The notes: a model not told the origin generated them from the sequence alone. 64,000 nucleotides of DNA from Candidatus Latescibacterota bacterium (GCA_965223905.1 CBDCXV010000002.1:256001-320000); one strand, 5' to 3'. Shown: positions 20,196-29,798, counted from the stretch's first letter. Numbers and translations: made by a program.

Positions 20196-21374
20196 TTACC
20201 GAACGTTGTTCTTGACCGCGCCCCAGGAATTCTCTTCGACAGCGGACGGAACGCCGCCGAGACCCAGACCGAAGACCTTGGGATCGTAGATCGTCACTGT
20301 GTTTTCCCAGGCGGCTGGGGCGTGCCACGCTTCGCCAATGAAGGCATCCTGGCCCCAGAAGGGCTGACCCTGACGGCCACCAGCAGGATCATCCTGGTCG
20401 TTGACGGCAATAGTCGCGGGGCTGATGTTGCCGATCGCGGGGTTCCAGCGGACCGCTCGATCAATAACCAGGCCATCGTGGGGGATACTGGCCTCTATGC
20501 GCCAGTCGTCATCGGCCAGATCCTCACCAGAGGCGACCAGATCGACGCCGGTGCCGATCAGCATACCGGAGTTGAAATTGTCAGCGCAGGTCTCTCCACC
20601 GTCGCCGAAGGGCGCGCGATTGCCATCAACCGCGTTGTAAGCGATGACAAACTGCCAGTCCGTCTCCGCCCCGCACTGAGACTCGACGTGGCGCGGTGTG
20701 CTCGGGCGAATATCGTAGTAGCCGATGTACCATTCGCAACCGTCGCCCTGCCAGACACCGGGACCGTCTTCGAGCGCGTTGCTGCGAATGTCGTCGGTGA
20801 CGTCGCATTGCATGTACAGCGCACCGGAGTCGATACCCATGGCGGCTGTGAACGACAGATCGTCGTCACCGTCCGACTCGCCGTTGACGAAGTTCGCTGA
20901 TGAGAGGACCGTGAGGCTCTCGTGCGTCCAGTCACTCAAGTCGCCGTCAATGAAAGGCGCATCCAAGAACCAGAAAAGCGGCTCGTTGTGGGTCGCATCA
21001 CCGCCGGTGGCGCTGGAGGTTGCGGTCAAGCCACCGCCCGAGACGGCGTAGAAATTGTTGACGGAACCGGCGGCGAAAGGCGTGTGAAGCGGGTACTCGT
21101 ACTGCTGCTGGCCTTCCGGAATGCCGGTGCCGATGACGAACACATTGTCCGCGCCGACGTCCGTGATCTGCGAGTCGGAAACCCAGACGGTGTACGGTCC
21201 ACTGCCGTCGTCCGTCCACTGAATATTGTGGACGTAATTCACATCTGGAACCACCTGGCCTTCGACCAGCGGCCGCTCGACGATTCCAACGTCCTCGACG
21301 TTGATATCCGACTGGGCGACGACTAGGACCGGAACCAGAAGAGTTCCTGCTACGGCTGCAATTGCTTTCTTCAT
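20196..21374 (-). CDS. Secreted protein with CBM9/DOMON-like sugar-binding domain and C-terminal SWG motif
   Basis: Signal peptide MKKAIAAVAGTLLVPVLVVAQ; PFIDGDLSDW...DVTDD...WQGDGCEWY; ends SAVEENSWGAVKNNVR. Confidence 0.65.
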   Translation of the reverse strand: MKKAIAAVAGTLLVPVLVVAQSDINVEDVGIVERPLVEGQVVPDVNYVHNIQWTDDGSGPYTVWVSDSQITDVGADNVFVIGTGIPEGQQQYEYPLHTPFAAGSVNNFYAVSGGGLTATSSATGGDATHNEPLFWFLDAPFIDGDLSDWTHESLTVLSSANFVNGESDGDDDLSFTAAMGIDSGALYMQCDVTDDIRSNALEDGPGVWQGDGCEWYIGYYDIRPSTPRHVESQCGAETDWQFVIAYNAVDGNRAPFGDGGETCADNFNSGMLIGTGVDLVASGEDLADDDWRIEASIPHDGLVIDRAVRWNPAIGNISPATIAVNDQDDPAGGRQGQPFWGQDAFIGEAWHAPAAWENTVTIYDPKVFGLGLGGVPSAVEENSWGAVKNNVR

Positions 21375-21548
21375 TTCCCACAATCTCCGTGGATATGGGT
21401 AGAGGAATGACAACGAGTACATCATCTGATCGCACCGCTATTTAGAATCCGCAATTCTTAACGAATTTGAGCCGGAAATATAGTCAGACACCAGGATAAA
21501 ACCAAGAGAATTCTCGCTTCCGCGAAAGAAGGTTACCGGCCATTTGCC

Positions 21549-21920
21549 CTATCTCACCGTCTCATCACGATTCGTGATCGAGCCCTCCTGGGTGAGGGCG
21601 AAGACGACGATGTTGACGCCGAACTAAAGTGGCGCGTGGGGTCGAGTTCGGTGCCTGGCGTAGAAATCTCCATGCGGGGACGGTTGTCCCTGGCAAAAAG
21701 GCAGTGCCTGATAGCCAATCAAGCCAGCCAGGCGGCCACCCAACTCGACGACGACCATGTAGTCGGCGGACGCGGGTCGGCAAGTCAAGTTCTATCTTGC
21801 TTGCGCACAAATATGCCCCGCCGCCGCCAGACAGACCGCCAGCACCGGCAGTCAGCCTCCAGCAGGCCGCGTCAGGTCGACGTCGGATGCCGGTCTTCTG
21901 AATCGTGCGCTGATCGCCAT
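21549..21920 (-). pseudogene. Internally deleted third copy of the DUF4159 anchored protein
   Basis: Starts MAISARFRRPASDVDLTR at 21920, contains DYMVVVELGGRLAGLIGYQ, and ends FGVNIVVFALTQEGSITNRDETVR*. All segments match the two intact paralogs. Confidence 0.8.
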
Positions 21921-21978
21921 TGGTGCTCTCAGCCGCGAATGGAGCAGAGTTCGGTGTCGGCACGCTGAGGCGGAAACT

Positions 21979-22806
21979 TCAGCGTGCGCCCATGATCCAA
22001 TCGCGGCGACGCGCCAGGCGCGCTTCTTCCCCCTTCAACTTCCTCTTTTCCACCTTGTGGAGGAAGTGAAAGACGATGTCGATACTGCGGGACGTATTGT
22101 TGGCTTCGTCGAATTCGAGGGCGAACTTGCGCAGGTGCAGCTCGACGTTCTCGACTCGCTCGGTGAGGGGACCGAAGACGAGATAACCCGAGTAGTCCTG
22201 GCCTCTGAAGATCTGGTGGTCCGGCCGGTAGAGCCGCTCCCGGACGATACCCATGCGCTGGTCAAAGCGATATTGTTCGTTTCCCCCGGCCCCACGGACA
22301 TAGGTGAAATAGTCTTCGAAGCTGTTCCGAGACTCTTCCCGGTTGACGGAGTAGAAGATGAACTCCTCTCCCAGATTCGTACGCAGCCGCGCCTCTTCGG
22401 GCAACATCTCTACTTTGGGCTCTACGGGATTGAAGACGGCGACCTCGAAGACGGTGAAACGATTGGGTGTGTAACCCAGTTTGGGATCGCGCCAGTTGCC
22501 GTATGTGAAGGGGTTGGCTGAAAAGCGATCCTGGCTCGACACGTCCGGATAGAGCTGGTTGAGCTCCTTGTCGCCGAGAGCCCGGATTGTGACTCGCAGA
22601 CCCTCGCGATCGAAGGTTATGGAGCCGTCCGGATTGACGACGTACTCCGCGTCGGTTCCGGAGAGCTCCAATGGCACCAGGTAGGAGTTGTAGTCGTAAA
22701 GGGGCGGCAGCATGCGATAGACGATCTCTGGAGTGCTGCAACCCGTGGACGCAACCAGCAGCCCCAGGGTCAACGTCAGTCCGGTATGCAAAGTAGAGAT
22801 TCCCAT
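21979..22806 (-). CDS. Hypothetical lipoprotein
   Basis: MGISTLHTGLTLTLGLLVASTG-C lipobox. The upstream part of the ORF-track entry overlaps the next gene and was trimmed. Confidence 0.7.
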   Translation of the reverse strand: MGISTLHTGLTLTLGLLVASTGCSTPEIVYRMLPPLYDYNSYLVPLELSGTDAEYVVNPDGSITFDREGLRVTIRALGDKELNQLYPDVSSQDRFSANPFTYGNWRDPKLGYTPNRFTVFEVAVFNPVEPKVEMLPEEARLRTNLGEEFIFYSVNREESRNSFEDYFTYVRGAGGNEQYRFDQRMGIVRERLYRPDHQIFRGQDYSGYLVFGPLTERVENVELHLRKFALEFDEANNTSRSIDIVFHFLHKVEKRKLKGEEARLARRRDWIMGAR

Positions 22807-22826
22807 GGTAACTGCTCTTTCTCCGA

Positions 22827-25559
22827 TCATTCGGAAGCCGCCAGGATCTGCTCGCCCACGAACACCTGGACGTAGCTGCGGACGAAACTGCCGGACGCCA
22901 AGCCAGGCTCGTCGAACTTCTGTTTGGTGTATTGCAGACCAGTGGTGATGAAGACGTTGAAGCCGCTGCTGCGCCCTTTCATCTTGACCTGACCGAGGTA
23001 GGTCTGGGATTTGAAATCCGCCAGCTCGTCGTCGCGGTCGATGAAGCGCTCCTTGAAGAAGGGGAAGCCTTCTGCTCCGAGCTCGAGGGCGGTACGCTCG
23101 GTAAAGGTGTAACTCAGTTGGAGGATCGGCGTGATTTGTGTGACGTCCCGTTTGGCGGGCAAACCACCCGGGGCAAATCCGGCAAGCTGATTCTGTTTCA
23201 GCAGGGTGTGCTTGATTTTGGGCTGTACGGTGAGACCGCGCCAGATCCACGTGTAATCCGCCTTGTTCACCAGTGCCCACGTATTGATGTCATCTTTCAC
23301 CTGGGCCGTCCCGTCTGCAAACTGAGCCTCATTCTGGTAGTTGAGTTCGTAGCGCAGATTGTTGTGTAGATTCACGTTGCGTCCCGGCGTCCACGAAGTG
23401 CCCACGTAGCCTCGATGAACTCTGCTGTTGCGCATGGTCAGTGCATCCTCGACAAAAACCGATTCGTAGACGCCCCCGGTTCCGACTTTCACTTCGTTGG
23501 TGAGGAAGTACTGAAAGCCGTTATTGGGGATGTTGTCTTTCACACTCTTGAACTGGTGTTCCCACCGTAGCCGGGCTCGTCCGGGAAAAATGCGCCGGTA
23601 TGAAGCGGTGAGATAATTCTCATTGCTCTCACCGAAAGCGGCTATCTGCTCGATGCGAACCAGACCGGCTCCAAGGCGCAAACTTGGCAGCGGCGTGGCC
23701 AGATCCACGAAATAATGGCCGCCGCGTTCGTCTTTGTAGTAGGGATAATCGGGCAGGGAGTCATCCTCGAAGTAGTCGAGAACACCGTTATGGTTGAAAT
23801 CGTCCCCCCAGTAAAACACCTGTTCTTCCTGCCAGTACTTGAAAAAAGGCTCGGCGAAGTCCGGGATATGATTGCGATTGCGGTTGTAGTCGGGAGTGCC
23901 ATCCTGATCGAGATCCCAACCAGGATACACTCCTGAGTAGAGTGGAGCGGTGCGGACCGCTACGGGCACGTCGTTCTGGCCCTGATCCAGGTACTGATCG
24001 TCGTCGTCATTGTCCTCCACCAGTTGGAAGACTTTGAGGCGTCTGTTGGTGCCGTTCTTGACGTCGTTGGCTTGGCGTTCGTTGAAAAAGAAATCGAAAT
24101 TGTTGCCCACGTAGTCGGCGTCGATGATGTCCTTATCTCCACTCCCTATCTTCGGATCCCCGAGTCTGAAATCGCCGTTGTCGAGCTCATATGAATTGTA
24201 CTTCGGGCTGATGGAGAATCGCTCTCCTCCAAGGATGATCTTGCTCCAGTCCTGGGTTGCCCGGACGTAATAAGCATCGCCGCTGTAGGAGCTGCGCTCA
24301 CCGATTTGCTCCTCGGGGAACTGGAAATGGGCCGTTGAGCGGGCGTACTCCCAATCCAGGAGGAGGTTGCCCAGGGCCAGCTTGCCGTTGAGGCCGCTGA
24401 CGTTCAACGCCGAGGAGAGGCCGTAGGCGAGATCGACAACACGCATCTGATCCACTCCGTTGCCGCTGGCACGGCCGAGGGTCACCACCGGCGTTTGGCG
24501 GACTTCCTGCTGGTAGAAGGTGTTGTTCGGGTTCAGGGCGCGGTGGGACTGGCGCGTTCCCAGCCGGTAGTCCTGGCCTACAGCGGGACTGCTCTGCACG
24601 CTCACAGTCGAGACGGGGATTGGCACGACCTGTTCCACGTAGGAATCTCCGCTCACTTCCAGGTGATCCTCCTCCCACTGCACACCGTCGGTAGCTACCA
24701 TAACCGGCCGGATTCCCTGAATCACCCGGTTCTGGTTGGCGCCGCGGCGCACGGTCAGGGTTGAGCTGCCGCCGTACACGGCGGCGCCCCACTGTCCTCC
24801 AGCGGGTGAATCATCCGTTATCCGCACCACGACAAAGTCCGGATTCATCGCTCTGGGCATGGTGCCCTTCAAGAAGTTGCCATCTCGTTGCATGCTGTCA
24901 AAGCGATGGTGGTTGATGAGGGTCGCGCCGAGGAACATGGCCCCCTCGAGAAAGCGGCCCTGCCAGTGCAAGCCGTTCAACAGGGTGCCGTCTTCGTGTT
25001 CAGCTGTGCCCGACCCCTGGGCGCGAAATGATTTCTGCGGATCCGAGGCGCGTGTCGTCAGACCGACGAGCTCGTGGTTCTGGCCGATGATGGCGTCAGC
25101 GCGCACGCCGGTAAAGCGGGCGATATCGAGGGTGAGGGACGTAAAGGTTGTGCGCACAGCGTCACCGATCAGTACCCGCGCTGCTCCGTTGGTGAAGTTC
25201 TCTTTGGCAACTACAACTCCGTTGTGTCGGCCGAGCCGTCTGAAAAGAAGGCTGCCGAAGTCCGGATCCCGGGTTCGATCCTCCTCCCAGCGGAAGACCT
25301 CCTGGGCCTCTATCAGCCAGGGTTCGCCCATGCGGTCGTAGGCTGCAAACCAGTCAAAGCCGCGGCCTCGCTCCCGATACCGGCGCCAGCCGAAGTTTTC
25401 GTACTCCATCTGCGTGTTGGGACGCAGCAGGAACTGGCTCTTCGGTGTCCAGCCGGTTTCCACTTCGGTGTCGGGGACAACCGGCCCGGAGAGCCCGAGA
25501 CCTGCGGCGGCAGGAGCACTCAGTAGCCCGACGGCGATGACTGGAATGAGTGTCCTCAT
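22827..25559 (-). CDS. Large exported protein, putative outer-membrane beta-barrel (paralog 3)
   Basis: Signal peptide; shared motifs GDAVRTTFTSLTLD, NHHRFDS, DDSP, DLDQDGTPDYNRNRN, GDDFNHN, EDDSLPDYPYYKDE; alternating beta-strand pattern at the C-terminus. Confidence 0.65.
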   Translation of the reverse strand: MRTLIPVIAVGLLSAPAAAGLGLSGPVVPDTEVETGWTPKSQFLLRPNTQMEYENFGWRRYRERGRGFDWFAAYDRMGEPWLIEAQEVFRWEEDRTRDPDFGSLLFRRLGRHNGVVVAKENFTNGAARVLIGDAVRTTFTSLTLDIARFTGVRADAIIGQNHELVGLTTRASDPQKSFRAQGSGTAEHEDGTLLNGLHWQGRFLEGAMFLGATLINHHRFDSMQRDGNFLKGTMPRAMNPDFVVVRITDDSPAGGQWGAAVYGGSSTLTVRRGANQNRVIQGIRPVMVATDGVQWEEDHLEVSGDSYVEQVVPIPVSTVSVQSSPAVGQDYRLGTRQSHRALNPNNTFYQQEVRQTPVVTLGRASGNGVDQMRVVDLAYGLSSALNVSGLNGKLALGNLLLDWEYARSTAHFQFPEEQIGERSSYSGDAYYVRATQDWSKIILGGERFSISPKYNSYELDNGDFRLGDPKIGSGDKDIIDADYVGNNFDFFFNERQANDVKNGTNRRLKVFQLVEDNDDDDQYLDQGQNDVPVAVRTAPLYSGVYPGWDLDQDGTPDYNRNRNHIPDFAEPFFKYWQEEQVFYWGDDFNHNGVLDYFEDDSLPDYPYYKDERGGHYFVDLATPLPSLRLGAGLVRIEQIAAFGESNENYLTASYRRIFPGRARLRWEHQFKSVKDNIPNNGFQYFLTNEVKVGTGGVYESVFVEDALTMRNSRVHRGYVGTSWTPGRNVNLHNNLRYELNYQNEAQFADGTAQVKDDINTWALVNKADYTWIWRGLTVQPKIKHTLLKQNQLAGFAPGGLPAKRDVTQITPILQLSYTFTERTALELGAEGFPFFKERFIDRDDELADFKSQTYLGQVKMKGRSSGFNVFITTGLQYTKQKFDEPGLASGSFVRSYVQVFVGEQILAASE

Positions 25560-25560
25560 T

Positions 25561-26835
25561 TCAGCGCACGTTCTCCATCACGCGATTCGTGATCGAACCC
25601 TCTTGAGTGAGGGCAAAGACGATGGTGTTGATGCCGAACTGCAGGTGTCGGCTGTTGTCCAGGTATGCGTTTCTGTTGTTGCGGAATCCCACGTTCTCCC
25701 AGGCGATCCCCAGGGCCTGATAGGAAATAACCGTGACCAGGCGACCGTCCAGCTCGACGCCGACGAGGTAGTCCACGTTGTCGCGCCCTTCCCCCGGCAC
25801 GAGTTCCGAGTAGCTCGCCGGGGTTCCGGCGAGTGCCTTCGGCGGGTGGTCGAAATCAAAATAGGAGTGGTAAATAGGGTGGTCGTGCGGAAGTCTGATG
25901 AACCGGGCCTGCCGGTTCACGGTGGCCAGAGCATCCCGGACCATCTGCCGTATGAAGATGTCGGTGTCACTGCCGACTCTCCTGCCGGCGTCCGCCAGGA
26001 TAAATCCACCTCCCGCCAGGTAGGCGCCCACATTGACCAACTCGCCCTCAGTGAGGGTAAAGGTCACCTGCGGCACGAAGATCCACGGAGTCTCCATGAG
26101 CTCCTGGGAGCTGAGAGACAGGCGGGTGGAAAAGTCGGCCCGGATATCCGTGAACTCGTTGAGGGCGTCTACCAGATTCGTCACGGCGAACGGGCTCTGC
26201 AGAAGCGCGGCGCCTGCGTCGCTGGTCACCGTGCTCTGAACGCGGCCTTCGATCATGCGCGACGAGTATGCCTGGGCGACGTGGAAGTACCCCTTGATGT
26301 TGCGCTTGTCGTCTGGATCCTGGATGATCATCGCCTGGTACTTGCCGGTGTCCAGGAAATTGAGGTCGAGGAGCTGTTCCTTCATGTCGATCTTGTTGTC
26401 TGGCTCCTTCGAGGTCGATACGCCGATGTCCGTCACGCCTCCACCCGGGTCGATGGAGACGAGTTCGGCTCCCGCATCCAGACTCACCTGTGGCGCGCCC
26501 AACGAGCGCAGCGAAATGCCGCCAACCTGGCTTGTCAATAAGCGCGAAGTCCGGGCCTGAAGCTGGACTTGCTGTCGCACCATCTTGCGCTGCCGCGGCT
26601 TGGGTTTCTTGCGCAGCTCCATCGGTTTGGTCATACGTGGCTGACGCTGGATGAAGCGCGTCGTCAGCGGTCGCGAATCAGCCTCGCCTCCAAACTCCGC
26701 CGAGCGCAGCATCATCCCCACGTGAGCCAGCACGGCGACCACAAGGGAGCCGACCAGAATTGGCAGTCCCCTGTTGAGAAGGCGCGTCAGATCGACGTCC
26801 GATGCCGGACCCCTGAACCGTGGACTTACCGCCAC
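25561..26835 (-). CDS. N-terminally anchored DUF4159-domain protein, TonB-like position and architecture
   Basis: TM ...LVVAVLAHVGMM; RQPRMTKPMELRKKPKPRQRK linker; YLAGGGFILAD, LPHDHPIYHSYFDF and QFGINTIVFALT. Abuts exbD. Confidence 0.75.
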   Translation of the reverse strand: MAVSPRFRGPASDVDLTRLLNRGLPILVGSLVVAVLAHVGMMLRSAEFGGEADSRPLTTRFIQRQPRMTKPMELRKKPKPRQRKMVRQQVQLQARTSRLLTSQVGGISLRSLGAPQVSLDAGAELVSIDPGGGVTDIGVSTSKEPDNKIDMKEQLLDLNFLDTGKYQAMIIQDPDDKRNIKGYFHVAQAYSSRMIEGRVQSTVTSDAGAALLQSPFAVTNLVDALNEFTDIRADFSTRLSLSSQELMETPWIFVPQVTFTLTEGELVNVGAYLAGGGFILADAGRRVGSDTDIFIRQMVRDALATVNRQARFIRLPHDHPIYHSYFDFDHPPKALAGTPASYSELVPGEGRDNVDYLVGVELDGRLVTVISYQALGIAWENVGFRNNRNAYLDNSRHLQFGINTIVFALTQEGSITNRVMENVR

Positions 26836-27264
26836 TTATTCCCCTTTCGCCGCGCTCTCAGTGTCCTCGGGTTTGTCTACCGCCAGGGAGATCGTCTCTA
26901 CCCCCAGACTCTTGGCTATCTCCATGATGTCGAGGGTGTATTCATGCCGGGCCTCGCGATCTGCCTTGACGATGAGGGTGACACTCCGTGTGCGTCTTTT
27001 TTCGTTCGACAGCATGCTGGCCAGGGATGTCTTTGTGACCACCCTGCTATTAAGTTCCATGCGCCCATCTTCGTCGATGGAAAGGAACATTTTCGTCTCC
27101 GAAATCTGCTGCCAGTTCTCGGCTTCCGGAAGCTCGATCTGCAAACCCACCGAGGACGTGAAGATCGTCGTCACCATGAAGAAGACCAGCAACAGGAAGA
27201 CGCAGTCGATGAGCGGAGTGAGGTTGAGCTCTACCCCTTCGGATCCTTCAAAGCCTTGAGCCAT
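26836..27264 (-). CDS. exbD: Biopolymer transporter ExbD/TolR
   Basis: LNLTPLIDCVFLLLVFFMVTT TM segment with the conserved Asp; LIVKADREA. Confidence 0.9.
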   Translation of the reverse strand: MAQGFEGSEGVELNLTPLIDCVFLLLVFFMVTTIFTSSVGLQIELPEAENWQQISETKMFLSIDEDGRMELNSRVVTKTSLASMLSNEKRRTRSVTLIVKADREARHEYTLDIMEIAKSLGVETISLAVDKPEDTESAAKGE

Positions 27265-27270
27265 CGGTCC

Positions 27271-28656
27271 TCACTTGGCGCAGCGAAAGCCGACGTGAGT
27301 GGATCGCTGAGACGGATCCATGGACCCTCGTGTCACCGAGCGCACGCTGGCGGCATCATCAATCCAGCTGCCGCCGCGAATGGCCCTATGTGGCGTCCGG
27401 TCCGCTGCCGCCGGGGTTGCCGGGTCAGCCCTGGCAATGGTCTCCAGAGCGATCTCCCCAAACGTTGCGTTGTTGCGTTCCGTGGTATTGATAAAGCGAC
27501 CGAGCTCCCTGGCGATGTCGCGCTCGATATCCACGTACAGGCGCTCGTCGTACCAGTCAGATGTCCATTCCCACACATTGCCCGCCATGTCGTAGGCGCC
27601 CACATCGCTGCGGCCCCGCACATAGCTGCCCACATCCACAGTGCGCCGTACGTTGCCGGAAATCTCCCCTCCGAAGTTCAGCCGCGCCGCGTCGGGATCG
27701 TCACTTCCCCAGGGGTAGAGATCTCGTACCCCTGCCGTCAATACGGTTTGGCGGAGAAGATTCAAAATGTCCGCCTCGAACCTCTCCCCAGCATCGGAAT
27801 CCCGCAACTCGGCTTGACTCGCCGCTGAGTCGAAGGCGGAGCGAAAACGCCGGACGATCGTGTCGAAGTTCGAGTTGAAACTTCCGGTGCTTCCCCCCCC
27901 CCGCGCGGCGCGCTCCCACTCTGCTTCTGTCGGCAGGCGCTTTCCAACCGACTCGCAATAGGCCACAGCATCCTCCCAGATCACGCCGACGACCGGTTGC
28001 AGGTCGCCACCGAAATCCTCCAGGTTTCCGAAGTCGTGCGCCCGCTGATCGGCCTGCAGAAACTTCCGGTACTCGGAGTTCGTGACCTCGTAGCGATCAA
28101 TCTCGAAAGCGCTGAGAATGATCACCTGACCGGGGGCTTCACCGACATACCCTGCGGACTCGCGGTGACCGAAGCGGATATCCGGGATCTGGGACGGGTC
28201 GACTCCCAGCACGGAAATACCCGCTGGTACCGAGATCATCGATCCCAGATCTGAGGGCGGGTCAAAAGATTCCTTCACCGTTATGACGACATGGTCCGAG
28301 ACCCAGGTGTCGGCGAAGCGGCTGCTGCTCATCCAGAGAAGGAAAGGAAAGACCCCCGCCTCCCTAGCTGTGAAATGAACCATCGGCGAATTGGCATTCT
28401 CCAGCTGAATGCGCGGCGACAGGCTTTCCCATTCATACCGCAAGGCGCCGCCGCCAGCTGAGGCGCTGCCGTCGAGGCTCACACTCTCTCCCGTCAGGAC
28501 GGACTGATCGGGGCCGGCGTCCGGGCGCAGTTCGTCGGAAGCCTTGCGCGTTGAGATCGAGTCGTCGCTGCCACACGCCACCAGACACAGCACGATCAGA
28601 GCTGGGTGTGACCGGACGAAAGCACGCAGATTGCGGGAACGGTCAGCGGCGCCCAT
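27271..28656 (-). CDS. Lipoprotein with PKD-like domain and FGE-sulfatase (SUMF1/GldK-like) fold, probably non-catalytic
   Basis: Lipobox LVA-C; DAGPDQSV...LDGSAS (PKD-like); YEVTN, RLPTEAEWERAARG, YDMAGNVWEW, RGGSW, GFRCAK. Confidence 0.8.
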   Translation of the reverse strand: MGAADRSRNLRAFVRSHPALIVLCLVACGSDDSISTRKASDELRPDAGPDQSVLTGESVSLDGSASAGGGALRYEWESLSPRIQLENANSPMVHFTAREAGVFPFLLWMSSSRFADTWVSDHVVITVKESFDPPSDLGSMISVPAGISVLGVDPSQIPDIRFGHRESAGYVGEAPGQVIILSAFEIDRYEVTNSEYRKFLQADQRAHDFGNLEDFGGDLQPVVGVIWEDAVAYCESVGKRLPTEAEWERAARGGGSTGSFNSNFDTIVRRFRSAFDSAASQAELRDSDAGERFEADILNLLRQTVLTAGVRDLYPWGSDDPDAARLNFGGEISGNVRRTVDVGSYVRGRSDVGAYDMAGNVWEWTSDWYDERLYVDIERDIARELGRFINTTERNNATFGEIALETIARADPATPAAADRTPHRAIRGGSWIDDAASVRSVTRGSMDPSQRSTHVGFRCAK

Positions 28657-28687
28657 GTGCCCCCTGAAACACGATACCCACCTTCTC

Positions 28688-29110
28688 TTATCCCTCCCTG
28701 GCGAAGGCAATGCCCACGATACCCTGACCACGGGCGATGTCGGCAATGGTCACGACCGTGTGATGCAGAGTGCTTGGATGGGCCTGAAGGATCATGTTCT
28801 CCGTCTTCAGTCGTTCCCTGAGCTGTTTGATACCCTCGCCAAGATCGTCCATTGTGACCGGCTCGCCGTTCAACTCCATGGTGCCGTTTTCTTCGACGAT
28901 CAGGTTGATATCCTTGCCCGGTTGGGTCTCTGCAGCCGCCGCTTTGGGCATGTCTACGTTCAACCCCTTCGTGGTGATGAACACCGTTGTCACCATGAAG
29001 AATATCAACAGCATGAAGACGCAGTCGATCAAAGGGGTGAGGTCGACGCTCTCCTCCCGCAACAGGGACAACCCCTTCAAATGCTCCTGTATCTTGCGAC
29101 TGGCTCCCAT
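28688..29110 (-). CDS. exbD: Biopolymer transporter ExbD/TolR (second copy)
   Basis: VDLTPLIDCVFMLLIFFMVTT with the conserved Asp. Confidence 0.9.
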   Translation of the reverse strand: MGASRKIQEHLKGLSLLREESVDLTPLIDCVFMLLIFFMVTTVFITTKGLNVDMPKAAAAETQPGKDINLIVEENGTMELNGEPVTMDDLGEGIKQLRERLKTENMILQAHPSTLHHTVVTIADIARGQGIVGIAFAREG

Positions 29111-29143
29111 GGCTCGCTAGCGCTGACTCGGGTCCATGATTCT

Positions 29144-29782
29144 CTATTGCTGACGGCTCTTGATCAGGGTATTTCCGAAAGCGTGGAAGAAAACCTCCCC
29201 GCGCTCGACAATGCCCTCGGCTCGCGAGGCAAGATAGCGATAGAAGATGATCGACGGGATGGCGATGATGAGACCGCCCGCGGTGGTCAACAGCGCCTTG
29301 GAAATACCGCCCGCAACGACTTGAGGATCGCCGGTTCCGGCGCGGGCGATCGCATCGAAGGCCTCGATCATTCCGACGATGGTTCCCAGAAGTCCCAGGA
29401 GAGGAGCCACCGTACCGATGGTCGACAGAACCAGCAGGAATCGACCCAGGTATTTACGCGACGTTTGGGCTGTGGTCAGAGTCAGCTCGTCCCTCATGTC
29501 CTCCACCCCTCTTTCCTCGAGGACGAGGGTGTCGAACCGTTTCATGAGCGAGGCGAACACGAAGTTCGCGTAGCCTCGTCCCCCAGCGCAGTGATCGGCG
29601 GCCGCCTTCTCTCCCTGCCTGATGACTATGGCCTCGACCTCGCCAAGTTCACTCTCGATTTCTTCTTCACTCGGCGCTCGATGGAGCACGATCAGGCGTT
29701 CCAGCAACACGGCCAGCGCCACGATCGACATGGCGACGAGAATGTACATGATCCCGCCGCCGCTTCGAATCAATTCCAGCAT
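29144..29782 (-). CDS. exbB: MotA/TolQ/ExbB proton channel protein
   Basis: LSTIGTVAPLLGLLGTIVGMI and AGGISKALLTTAGGLIIAIP. Confidence 0.9.
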   Translation of the reverse strand: MLELIRSGGGIMYILVAMSIVALAVLLERLIVLHRAPSEEEIESELGEVEAIVIRQGEKAAADHCAGGRGYANFVFASLMKRFDTLVLEERGVEDMRDELTLTTAQTSRKYLGRFLLVLSTIGTVAPLLGLLGTIVGMIEAFDAIARAGTGDPQVVAGGISKALLTTAGGLIIAIPSIIFYRYLASRAEGIVERGEVFFHAFGNTLIKSRQQ

Positions 29783-29798
29783 CCTGATCCTTCCTTTC

